From NCBI GenBank assembly GCA_000004985.1, contig GG738875.1: a DNA stretch of 64,000 nucleotides. One strand, 5' to 3'. This DNA is from Naegleria gruberi. Taxonomy: Eukaryota. Of this stretch, positions 52,319 to 62,395 are shown piece by piece. Position numbers and translations under genes: made by a program. Below the pieces are notes generated by a model that was given only the letters and a program-made list of their open reading frames with translations, was not told where the DNA came from and ran no database searches. Numbering within the stretch: the first letter of the stretch is position 1; the number at the start of each line of letters is the position of its first letter.

Positions 52319-53791
52319 TCAGAATCCGATGAAAGATGATGAGGATGAAGAACTTTCATCATCAGATGATTCTTCCTTTCTCTTTCTCTTCTTTTCTTCT
52401 TCTTCTTCAGCTTCAACCTTCTTTGGCTTCAAGTCAATCTTCTTGCTCTTTGTTTCAGCAACAGTTTCAATCTTCTTGCTTCCACTCTTTGGCTTGAGTT
52501 GATCCATAGCTTCTTGTCTTTCACTCTTCTTTCCGAGAGCAGCGTTAATTTCTGGCTTTTGTAAGAAGAACCACTTATTAGCAGAAACATCACGATAATT
52601 GTTCAACCAGACTTCAGGTGTAGATTCAGTTGGTTGACCATACTTATCCAATTTACCTTGTTCAATGAGTTCCTTCTTGAGCTTGGAAACTGGACCCATA
52701 CCCCAACGTCTTGGATAGGTATTACGATCCATAATAACTCTCTTAGTCTTACAAACAACACCATAATCCATAGATTGAATTTGAATTGAGGTCATGACAG
52801 CATAAGCAGTAGCAATAGCTTCACCCTTTGTGGTAATCAAAACAATTTCTTCACCAGTTTCAATAGAATCATCATAACGTAAAACACCAGGAATCATCAA
52901 TTGAGCACCGAAACAAATTGAGTTAACAGCACTATCCTTAACAATAACACGCTTATAGTTGGTCAACAAAATTTCCAATGGTTTAACAATACGTCTCAAA
53001 TAAGATTCATCACCCTTGGCCTTCAATTCATGTTGAGCATCCAAAACATCATGCATAGTGTAGAGGAAATCCTTTTCACTCAAAGAACCAGATTGAACTC
53101 TTCTCAATTCAAACATAGAACCACCAGTACCCAATAATAAACCTAAATGTTCACACAAGGTTCTGACGTAGGTTCCGGCTTGACATTTAACCCAGAAAAC
53201 AGCCATTTGACTCTTAGCATCAAATTCGAAAAGTTTAACATCATAAATAGATCTAATACGCAATTGTCTCTTAACAGCAGAAATTTCTGGTGGCATTTGG
53301 AAAACAGCACCAGTCAATGTAGTCAATGCTTCTTCAACAGCCTTATATCCTCCTTGAACTTCTCCGTTTAATTTCAAGATAGAAACGTATTGTTTACCAG
53401 CACCTTGTTGGGATTTAACCAAACGAGTTGCACGATTCAAACAAACAATCAAACAACCAGTAACTTTAGGATCCAAAGTACCAGAATGGCCAGTCTTTTC
53501 AACATCGAGAATTTTCTTAACCCAAGCAACAATTTCGTGGGAAGATGGATTAGCTGGTTTGTCCAAATTGATAACACCATATTTAAGATATTCTTCTAAT
53601 TTTCTTTTTGTTGGTGTGTTACCAGCTGGAATTGGAGTGTAATGTCCAGTTCTAGCGTTCAATTTATCGAAATTTTTCAACAAGAGTGGGAATTCGCTAG
53701 AATCAGTCTTGCTAACATCCAAATTTGTTGGGAGAGTTTTAGATGATGTTTCTTCAGTTGTTGAAGATGATTTTTTATCTTTTTTGCCCAT
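52319..53791 (-). CDS. DKC1: Dyskerin/Cbf5 H/ACA snoRNP pseudouridine synthase (TruB family, PUA domain, Lys-rich C-terminal tail)
   Basis: Near-collinear match to dyskerin: [21 protein letters not shown]…[69 protein letters not shown]…; catalytic Asp in GTLDP. K/E-rich tail. Single exon. Confidence 0.95.
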   Translation of the reverse strand: MGKKDKKSSSTTEETSSKTLPTNLDVSKTDSSEFPLLLKNFDKLNARTGHYTPIPAGNTPTKRKLEEYLKYGVINLDKPANPSSHEIVAWVKKILDVEKTGHSGTLDPKVTGCLIVCLNRATRLVKSQQGAGKQYVSILKLNGEVQGGYKAVEEALTTLTGAVFQMPPEISAVKRQLRIRSIYDVKLFEFDAKSQMAVFWVKCQAGTYVRTLCEHLGLLLGTGGSMFELRRVQSGSLSEKDFLYTMHDVLDAQHELKAKGDESYLRRIVKPLEILLTNYKRVIVKDSAVNSICFGAQLMIPGVLRYDDSIETGEEIVLITTKGEAIATAYAVMTSIQIQSMDYGVVCKTKRVIMDRNTYPRRWGMGPVSKLKKELIEQGKLDKYGQPTESTPEVWLNNYRDVSANKWFFLQKPEINAALGKKSERQEAMDQLKPKSGSKKIETVAETKSKKIDLKPKKVEAEEEEEKKRKRKEESSDDESSSSSSSFIGF

Positions 53792-54064
53792 TGTGATACA
53801 GTTTAATGATATGTTGTTGGCAATATTTTTTTGTGCAGCAAAAATGAGAGACTTTAATTTTTCGACCAGCGACCAAGCTCATTCTCAATTATTTTGTTGA
53901 ACAATCACAGCAGCAAGTAAAAGCAACAGGAAGAGTAAATTTTATTAAAACAACTTCAATAAATGCTGTCCAGCAACAATTTTAATAAAATTAAAGGAAA
54001 TCGAATATTCTTAGTAACTCTTCAAAAGGAATGAACAAAAACAAGAAAGTGTTTATGAATAAAT

Positions 54065-54928
54065 TTAAGCATGTTCATTTAGATAATCAACAAATCCTGT
54101 TACAATCTTTTGCTTTGTTTCAGGTGGATGCATTTGACACATTTTGACGAACTGAGTTCTGAGCTTTCTCAATTGTTGCATACCAACTGAGATACCTGGC
54201 AATTTCAGTTTATGTTTGGTAATTTGTTCCTTTGAGAGAGCATAACTTGTTGGAAGTGTAATTTCTTCTCCTGGCATATGAAGTGATTTAGAGTCAACTA
54301 AAAGTTGAACAATTTCAGTTGTAATCTTATCTAATTCATACATGAGTGTATTTTCGCTCAAGTGTATTGGAAGTGTGGCAGTATTTGGTTTGATTGTCTT
54401 CTTTGGTCTCAACATTTCGTCTTCAATTTCTTCGAGTGGTGTTTTTTGGTCTGGTGTCAATCTAAATAATGGACAATCCCATCTTGATTTTTCACTTGGT
54501 ACTTCCATTCTTTGTAACATTCCAGTAAGAAAATCCTCTTGATATTTTGATGATAATTTATCCTTATTCCAAATAAATGAATGTTCATTGAGATTTACAT
54601 CACAATATACTACACAATGTGGTGTTCTCAAAGATCTAGCAATACAATAGAGTTCATATCTGAACCCTTTAATATAATTTAAAGAATCAACTATTACTAC
54701 ATCATCCTTTGTCAATGCTCTTTCAACTGCAGCTTTAACTTTTCCTCTCATTTGTTTTTCATTGAATGAATCTTTATAAGCTTGATGAATATCTGTTACA
54801 AGCTCTTCATCTCTCACAATAATTACTTGTCCTTTTAAATCTTTTGATGTTTTGAAATGATTGGCAATTTCATCAGCTCTACTACTCTTTCCACTACATG
54901 GAATTCCAACTAACATTATAAGTGGCAT
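54065..54928 (-). CDS. KTI12: KTI12-like protein (Elongator-associated P-loop ATPase, PSTK-like)
   Basis: P-loop MPLIMLVGIPCSGKSSRADEI. Conserved KTI12 block VVIVDSLNYIKGFRYELYCIARSLRTPHCVVYC, compare human VVILDSLNYIKGFRYELYCLARAARTPLCLVYC. Single exon. Confidence 0.85.
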   Translation of the reverse strand: MPLIMLVGIPCSGKSSRADEIANHFKTSKDLKGQVIIVRDEELVTDIHQAYKDSFNEKQMRGKVKAAVERALTKDDVVIVDSLNYIKGFRYELYCIARSLRTPHCVVYCDVNLNEHSFIWNKDKLSSKYQEDFLTGMLQRMEVPSEKSRWDCPLFRLTPDQKTPLEEIEDEMLRPKKTIKPNTATLPIHLSENTLMYELDKITTEIVQLLVDSKSLHMPGEEITLPTSYALSKEQITKHKLKLPGISVGMQQLRKLRTQFVKMCQMHPPETKQKIVTGFVDYLNEHA

Positions 54929-55209
54929 TTTCCGTACGTAATTATTAATATATTCTTCCTTCCGAAATTAAAAACCGAAACCAAAAAACTCTCTTCAATA
55001 AAAACACCTAGTGTTGATTGTTGAATATTTTTTAATGATGAAGAATTTATTAATATTCTTTGATTAATTTTCATAATTGCACCTTTAGTCAATCAAGATA
55101 ACTACATTGAAATATAATACAATTTATTATACTCAAAATGTAATTCTTCTATTTAATATATTAAAAAGAATAAAAGTTCGAAAGTGGTGAATAGTGAATA
55201 TTAAAAAAA

Positions 55210-56490
55210 ATGTTTATCAATCAAATTAATCACAATGAAAATAACATTCTAAAAAAACCATCATCACAATTAATGATAATTCTAGGAATTGCATTATTAT
55301 TTTGTTTAATTGCTACCAATAAATTAGTGTCGGATAAGAATGACTTGCCAAGAATATTGAGATCCTATAATAATCCACAGTATGATGCAATTATTGATGG
55401 ACCAATCGGAGGAGATGATGAACAGGTTGGAGCTTGTTCATTTCGTTTTTTAATATTTTCATCAGTGGATTCCGAATCTATTGGATTGGGTAATACATTG
55501 CAAAGCATTTGGAAATTAAAGAGTAAATTATTTGTGCCATGTGTGGCTGTTATCATGTCATCGAAAGATTCAGAAAAATCAATTGAAAAGAGATTGGATA
55601 TTATTAATTCATCAGATTTTAAAAAGCATCCAAGTATGATAACAGCTATTGGCATTGGACATAACAATAGAAAGAGAGGATCAACAATTGTTGATGAATT
55701 GGGAAATTATTTGAAATCGATACGAGACGACAAGAAATTTATGATTGTTAATGAGGGAAATACTTTTTGTGAAAGGGCAGAATATCATATTATGAATGTT
55801 TTAGATGAGGCAAGGAGAAGAAAGATGGATTCCGAATCAATGAATCATCTTGCTTATAAGGTTTCTATGGGAAAATTGAATGGTTTTATTATAACGAGAT
55901 ATATTTTATCAAAATGGGTTGAAACTTCATCAATCAAGAGTTCTGTATTGCTTGACATTTTAGAAAAGAAAAAGGTATTAACCTATCGATTCCAAATCAT
56001 GCAATCTGTTCAAGAAGACCAACCAAAATGTTTTGAAACATTAGTTGAAAGGGATTCTTCGTTTTCATTTAATTTGGATCAATGTTCAGATTCATTATTT
56101 AGTCCCTGTAACAATGAGAAGAAATCGGTAGAATTTTCACATGATGTTGTGAAGGAAACTGTATTCCCATCATCCTCCAAATATTCAATTTCTGATTTTG
56201 AAAGAGTAGAATCAATCAAATGTTTGAAAGGAGAAGATTGTAACACTTGTTGCGAAAAGAAAGCAATGAAATGCACTCAAGAATTCTTCCCTTTCATCAA
56301 TAGATGTGACGAGTTGCAATATCATGATAATTCTTGTGAGTGTGAACGTGAATCTGAGTCAACTTCAATTTCACCATTTTACAAAGGATCAAAATGTGTT
56401 ATTGCACTTAGAAAAAGCAAGTTTACCTGTGAATCAAAGCCAACAACATCTAGTTTCATTTCTAGGCTTTGTCCATGTTTAAAAGAATAA
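55210..56490 (+). CDS. Hypothetical type II membrane protein with Cys-rich C-terminal region
   Basis: ATG at 55210. N-terminal signal-anchor (LMIILGIALLFCLIATN). Luminal domain. About 20 Cys in the last 130 aa, with CxxC and CxC pairs. No family recognised. Confidence 0.5.
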   Translation: MFINQINHNENNILKKPSSQLMIILGIALLFCLIATNKLVSDKNDLPRILRSYNNPQYDAIIDGPIGGDDEQVGACSFRFLIFSSVDSESIGLGNTLQSIWKLKSKLFVPCVAVIMSSKDSEKSIEKRLDIINSSDFKKHPSMITAIGIGHNNRKRGSTIVDELGNYLKSIRDDKKFMIVNEGNTFCERAEYHIMNVLDEARRRKMDSESMNHLAYKVSMGKLNGFIITRYILSKWVETSSIKSSVLLDILEKKKVLTYRFQIMQSVQEDQPKCFETLVERDSSFSFNLDQCSDSLFSPCNNEKKSVEFSHDVVKETVFPSSSKYSISDFERVESIKCLKGEDCNTCCEKKAMKCTQEFFPFINRCDELQYHDNSCECERESESTSISPFYKGSKCVIALRKSKFTCESKPTTSSFISRLCPCLKE

Positions 56491-56617
56491 TTTTGGGCAT
56501 TACACATTAGTCAATGGCAACTAATAGATATCCGAGTTTATATGTAATATTTCCAATTAAAGTTTCAACATAACTAGAAACCGTTCACTGAAACTTTGAA
56601 TTAAGCAAAAAACAAAT

Positions 56618-57343
56618 ATGAGCACAACAACAGCAACTATTGGAGAAACCCCTCAAGTTGGATCTACCACAACTGTTGGTAGTCAACTTCCAAGAACAAG
56701 AGTTAATCAACCATTCCTCAAACTATTTCTTAATGTAACCTGGTGGGAACCATTCTTTGAGATGGCAGTTGGAGCCATTATGTTATTGCTTCCATCATCA
56801 TGGATTGTTCTTACAACATTTATGAGCCAACCCTTACTTGACTCTATTGGTTTCTCTCGTACTGACAATCCAGTAATTCTTGGAGTTATTGCATTATCAC
56901 AACTTAAGGATTTCATTACATTCATGATTAGAAGCTTTGGATTTATGGTTTTTGTGTTTGGAGTTATTCATCACTTGTTATTGAGAATCTGCTTTAAAGA
57001 ATTGGCTTTCAATGATCATAAGGTATTAATTGAGAAGGTTCCAATGTTTCAATATATTGTTACTGCATTAGCCCTTGGTGATTTGATACATATTATTTTG
57101 GTTTGGAGCCATGCAATGTATTCAACTGCATCAGCTGTAATTAGAAGTGTGGAAGGTGGTATTTCAAAGGAAGTGGAAAATATAGAAGGCTGGTATGGAG
57201 TATTATACCTCATTATTCCAACTTTCATATCCATGGCATTATTTGCAATGAGACTTACCTATTTATCATTCTATGCACCTTCTTCAAATTTGAGTGGAGT
57301 AAAGTATTCAGAGGTTCAAACAAGAAGAGTTCATGCTGAATAA
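56618..57343 (+). CDS. Hypothetical multi-pass membrane protein (241 aa, about 4-5 TM)
   Basis: ATG at 56618. Hydrophobic helices (AVGAIMLLLPSSWIVLTTF; FMVFVFGVIHHLLL; LYLIIPTFISMALFAM). Weak, unverified resemblance to small ER membrane proteins. Function unknown. Confidence 0.45.
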   Translation: MSTTTATIGETPQVGSTTTVGSQLPRTRVNQPFLKLFLNVTWWEPFFEMAVGAIMLLLPSSWIVLTTFMSQPLLDSIGFSRTDNPVILGVIALSQLKDFITFMIRSFGFMVFVFGVIHHLLLRICFKELAFNDHKVLIEKVPMFQYIVTALALGDLIHIILVWSHAMYSTASAVIRSVEGGISKEVENIEGWYGVLYLIIPTFISMALFAMRLTYLSFYAPSSNLSGVKYSEVQTRRVHAE

Positions 57344-57478
57344 TTATAGACCTTAATAAACAAATTTATCAAAAGATTATGCTCAAGTTTTTCATAATTT
57401 TTTTTGGTGAATTTTCTAAAACGAAACAATTTAGCTGACAAATCTTTAAAAGATATTTGTGATAGCATTATTTGTTTA

Positions 57479-59134
57479 TTAAAACAATTCTGTTGATGTC
57501 AACTTTGAACCGCCAGTAACACCTTCAATCAAGTGTTTAAGACGAGTCTCCGAAGAACGTGTTGTTGAAATAATTTCTTCTCTGTTAAATCTTTCTACAG
57601 GTGTATTTTCCAAGATGTCACTCAACTTTTCTGTAACTCTTTCCAAATCTTCTTGCAAATATTCGAACAAGTTCTTTTCTTGACCATCCTCCAAATAATA
57701 TCCGTATACATAAGTATATTTCAAATTACCTCTGCATTCAATAAGAGTGTTCACTGCTTTTTGAATGTATTCTACATCAACCCATGAGCTATACTTATTC
57801 ATTTGTGTCAATTCTCTCATCTTTTCTTCAGTCTTTTCACGTAATTGTCTTTCGAATTTTTGTGACTTGTCGTGGTTGGCATATCTGGTGAAGTAGTGCA
57901 TATATTTTTCAAGAGCAGTACGAGCTGATTCTCTTTCATCTTCGTGCAACTTCTTCTTCAAATCTTCTGGTTGATACTTGTTACATTTATAATAACCACC
58001 AGTTTCACTTCCGTGAGTTGACCAAACATCCATACAAACCCAACAAAATTCGTATTTGCATTGAGAACATGTCATGTGGTTACAACCACCATTCTTTTCA
58101 ATAGAACGATTACATTTTGGACAATCCTATTTGAAAAAAATATAAGTGAACTTTGTAAAGTTCCTACATACCTTTGTGTTAGCAGTCAACCAAGTTGCTG
58201 TTTCTGATTCGTCTTGTTCTTTCTTCTTCCAAGCTTTTAATTGAGCACATGATGCAGGAACGTGAGCTTCACAAGAACACTTGAAACAGAACTTTTGATG
58301 ACATCCTCCGCATTGAACTGCTTCAACAGTAGTTTCTGGACAATAAACAGCTCTACCACAATCAGCAGTAGGACACCACTTAATTCTTGGATTATCTTCA
58401 ACAAAACTTCTCACTAAATATTTAGAATATGTCTTGTAACTATCTGCTGGCACCAATTCTTTGACAAGGGCTTCAATAATCAATGTTGTACATCCTCTTT
58501 CCAAACAACTTGCTGTGAGACAAGTATTACCATTATTAATACTAGTTATTAAATGTTGACGCCAACAATCTTGACAGAAATAGTGTTTGCAAGCCATTGC
58601 TAACATATTTGAACCATCATAGGTATCATAACAAACACTGCATTCATATTCTTTTCCTGGTACTCCTTGATAAACTTTAAAGTCATTGATATTAATGTTG
58701 GCTTTCTTTATCACACGGTCCTTATTTTCAAAAAAGTCATTCCAAAGTTTTTCCTTGTTCCAATCATAGCTTCTAAGTAAAATACCACAAGCTCCTACAG
58801 GAACACCCAACACAGTAGAAACTTCACTAACAAGTTCTTGTTGTTGTGCCATTAATTGTTCAGGATCAAGAGTGATGAATTGAATTTCCTTTGCAGCCAT
58901 TGGATTATCTTCGAGAGGATCTGTTGGAGTTAGAATTTCCAAATCATCTTCATCACCATCAAATGGATCATCTTTTGTTGGCATTGGTGAAGCATCCACA
59001 AGTTGAGCATATAATTCCTCCCTTGTAACACCCATATCAGCTAATTCTTCTTCTGTAAGTAAATCAATTTCTTCTCTAGTTAGGGTGGTATCTTCACCAT
59101 CCATAATATCAATATCTTCATCCATATCGGACAT
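57479..59134 (-). CDS. ARIH1: RBR-type E3 ubiquitin ligase, Ariadne (ARIH1/HHARI) family; complement(join(57479..58126,58172..59134)), 45-nt intron
   Basis: Acidic N-terminus. RING1 (CSVCYDTYDGSNMLAMACKHYFCQDCW), IBR and RING2 (DCPKCNRSIEKNGGCNHMTCSQCKYEFCWVC; catalytic Cys context). C-terminal Ariadne domain. RING2 is split by the GTATGT…CAAATAG intron (complement 58127..58171); both exons are phase 0. Total about 536 aa. Confidence 0.9.
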
Positions 59135-59602
59135 TATTTATATTTTAATAATACAAAAGTGATTGGCTTGATGTGCTAAAATAATTACTATCAACAATAA
59201 GATTGGTTTTTAAAGCCAAACAGGTGTGTGATCGCAATTTTTTTTAAAAATAAATTTTAAAAATAGTTTGATGTAATTAATTTTTTAATATTAGGGTAAA
59301 GTTCTTTTGTTTTGTAAACATATGATGTCTGGCGTTTGTTGGCTTTTCAATCCATTAAAGAACTTTGCTTTCATCTTGTTTTTATTGGTTCATTCTCGTT
59401 GTATTATGCAAGTTGAACTCTATCAAATCAAAGTAAAGCAATTTTACAAAATTAAAAGATTCATTTAACATTAGTTAAATCCCAGTTGTGCGATTTCTTT
59501 TGTTATTGATAATTATTTATTTGTAGTGTTATTATTGGATCGGAATAGAACACGTGTTTGGCGTAGAAGAAAATAAATCAAAAAATTTGCAGCGAGATCA
59601 TC

Positions 59603-62344
59603 ATGCCTATGAAAAAGACAAACCACAGGCTGAAGTGGAGTGTGGGAAAATATATTATATTCATAACAATATTAATAGTAGCTTTTTCTATTATAATATC
59701 ACATCAAGAACAAGTTAATCAAAAGAAAAAATCTAATAATCAAAATTCGGAAGAGGAAGAACCAAAGTTTATAATTTTGAAAGATGGTGATGAATCTGAG
59801 CTTGAAAACCTTCCTGAAGAGTTTAAACAAAAAATCAAGGAAGCTTTATTGAAAGTTAAGAGTAATATTAATTTTGAACAAGCTCCCCCAGAATCAAATC
59901 CTTTAAATAATAATATGCCTGATCAACAACAGACTAAAACTTCCCAAACAACCAAACCAACACCTCAAGTTGAAGAGACATTGGATACATCAATGTTAAG
60001 TGATATTTCTATTCCTTTGGATGAGATAACAATTCCAACAGAATATTCCTCAACATTGGATGAAGAGTTCACTAGAATTAAGAGAATGAAAGAATTAAAA
60101 CTTGTAACAAGAAGAAAATTCATGTCTAAAAAACTCAATGATTTGAGAAAACAACAAGAAAATGAAATTGATGGAAAGAAGGATTCTACAGAAAAATTAT
60201 TAGAAGCAAGAATGATTTTGGATCCCGATCTTCCAGAGTATGACAAAGAAGCTGTTGAAAAGGCAATTGGAATTTATCTTTCTGTTGTTAAAGAAGATCC
60301 AACAAACCCACTTGTATTGTATAATTTAGGAACAGTATATAAGGTAAGATTTTCTGAGAATATTAATGACTAATTGTTTAATTAGAGTGAAAAATTTGGT
60401 GTTAGAGACTTTTCCAAGAGTAAAATGTACTACATTTTGGCAGCTTATTTAGGTAGTCAAATGTCACAATTCGAGGTTGCTCTATTGTATAATAATAACT
60501 TGATTTCAAGCAAGGATTTAGAAAATGTGAAAAGTTTAATGATTGAGATATTTGGACCAGTTGAAACAATGAAAAAGCAAGTCAAACTAATTTATGAGAA
60601 GATTCCAAAATCTATTGAAAATCCTGAAACATTATCTTTGTTGAATCTTTTCTATAGCTCTTTAGGAGGAAATACTGGAGCAAATATTGCTTTGGGATAT
60701 AGACATATGTTCGGACATGGCGTACCAAAATCTTGTAAAACAGCTAGCTATTATTATTCGAAAGCAGCTTCTGATGTTATTGTCGAGTTTGAGGATAGCA
60801 GAATGCCTCTTATTGATCATGTAAGACTTAATGATGAGAGTGCTATTCAAAATAAGCAATCACAAGAGGATATTATGGAATATTACCAATATTCTGCTAG
60901 TAAGGGATCATCTTCATCGATGCTTATTTATGGTTATGCTAATTTATATGGTATAAGAGGTGTCGAGCAAAATGGAGAAGTTGCTAGAAGATTATTTGAA
61001 CAAGCTGCTGAGGCAGGAGAACACGAGGCTTTTGGCGCTCTTGGTAATATGTTCCTCAAGGGTGCTGAAGGTATTCCAAGAAATAATGAGACAGCTTTCA
61101 AGTACTTTAAGAAGGGAGCAGACAAAAAAGATCCATCCTCATTAAATGGGCTTGGAAAGATGTACCTTGAGGGATCAAATGATGAACAAGGAAATATCAT
61201 TCTTGAAAAGAATTTTGAATTGGCAGCTGGATATTTCAATAAGAGTGCATCATTGGGCAACTCTGAAGCTCATTATAATTTGGGTCTTTTATATTTGGAT
61301 GGTAAGGGTGTAAAGAAATCATTTAAACAAGCAATGCAACATTTTGCGATTTCAGCTCAACATGGTCAAGTTCTTGCCAAATATCAACTTGCCAATATGT
61401 ATCTTCATGGATTGGGAACTAATCCAAATTGTGAAATTGCTGTTAAATTCTTAAAATCTGTTGTTGAGAAGGCCTCATGGACTTCAGTAATGGAGAGTGC
61501 TTTTGAAAAGTTTGTATCAGGAGAGGATCAACATACTGCTCTTCTACTTTACCAACATGCTGCAGAAATGGGTATTGAAATAGCACAAGCTAACATTGCT
61601 TTCATGTATGACAGAGGATATGGATTTGAGGAAATTTCCAGTGGATTATCTGAAGAGGAAAGTGAATTGTTAAAATTCAAGGGAGCTATCAAATGGTATC
61701 AACAAGCAGCTGAACAAGGTAATGTTGATGCGTATGTCAAAGTTGGGGATTATTACTATTATGGTTCATCTGCTTTATCATCTTCAAACTCTTCTGTTGG
61801 AAGTTTAGAACAATCATACGAAAAGAGTATTTATTTCTATAGAAGAGCTAAGGAATTGAACAATGCTCAAGCAATGTTTAACTTGGGTTATATGCATGAA
61901 CATGGAAAGGGACTTCCACAAGATTTCCATTTGGCTAAAAGATATTACGACATGGCATCTGATGCTGATCCAGTAGCTTATGTTCCAGTTATTTTGGCCT
62001 TGGGTAAATTATATGGTCATTGGGGATTTTATTTAGTTAAAGATTATGTAACAAATATTTTCAATGAAATGCCAAGTAGTGAAATAGATGAAACCTCAAA
62101 CTCTGATATTTCAACTTGGTTGGTCAATCTCATAATTGAACATGAGGATTACTTTTTGGCTATTCTAATTGGTGGTCTAGCCCTACTTATTTTTGTCAGA
62201 CATGTAGTGAATAGTCAAGCTAATGCAAGACCAAGAAGACGTAGAGTAGTCACTACCACTGAAAACACTCAACAAGAAGATAACGTTAGAAACCAACAAC
62301 CAGAAGAGCAAGAAGAACACAATCAGCACGAACACCAAGAATAA
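59603..62344 (+). CDS. SEL1-repeat protein, SEL1L/Hrd3-like ERAD component with C-terminal TM anchor; join(59603..60343,60386..62344), 42-nt intron
   Basis: N-terminal signal/anchor (YIIFITILIVAFSIIIS). About 10 Sel1 repeats (…GANIALGYRHMFGHGVPKS…, …ALGNMFLKGAEGIPRN…, …GLGKMYLEGSND…, …NLGLLYLDGKGVKKS…, …LANMYLHGLGTNPN…, …NLGYMHEHGKGLPQD…). C-terminal TM (LAILIGGLALLIFV) followed by a basic/acidic tail. GTAAGA donor at 60344 and TTAATTAG acceptor ending 60385. Confidence 0.8.
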
Positions 62345-62347
62345 ATA

Positions 62348-62356
62348 TTTGGCGCC
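62348..62356. promoter_or_regulatory. E2F-like TTTGGCGCC motif in the 50-bp spacer between the SEL1L-like stop and the second dynein ATG
   Basis: atatTTGGCGCCtttttt, 40 bp upstream of ATG 62396. Motif match only. Confidence 0.25.
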
Positions 62357-62395
62357 TTTTTTAAACTACAATACAACACCACAAACGCAAAAAAA

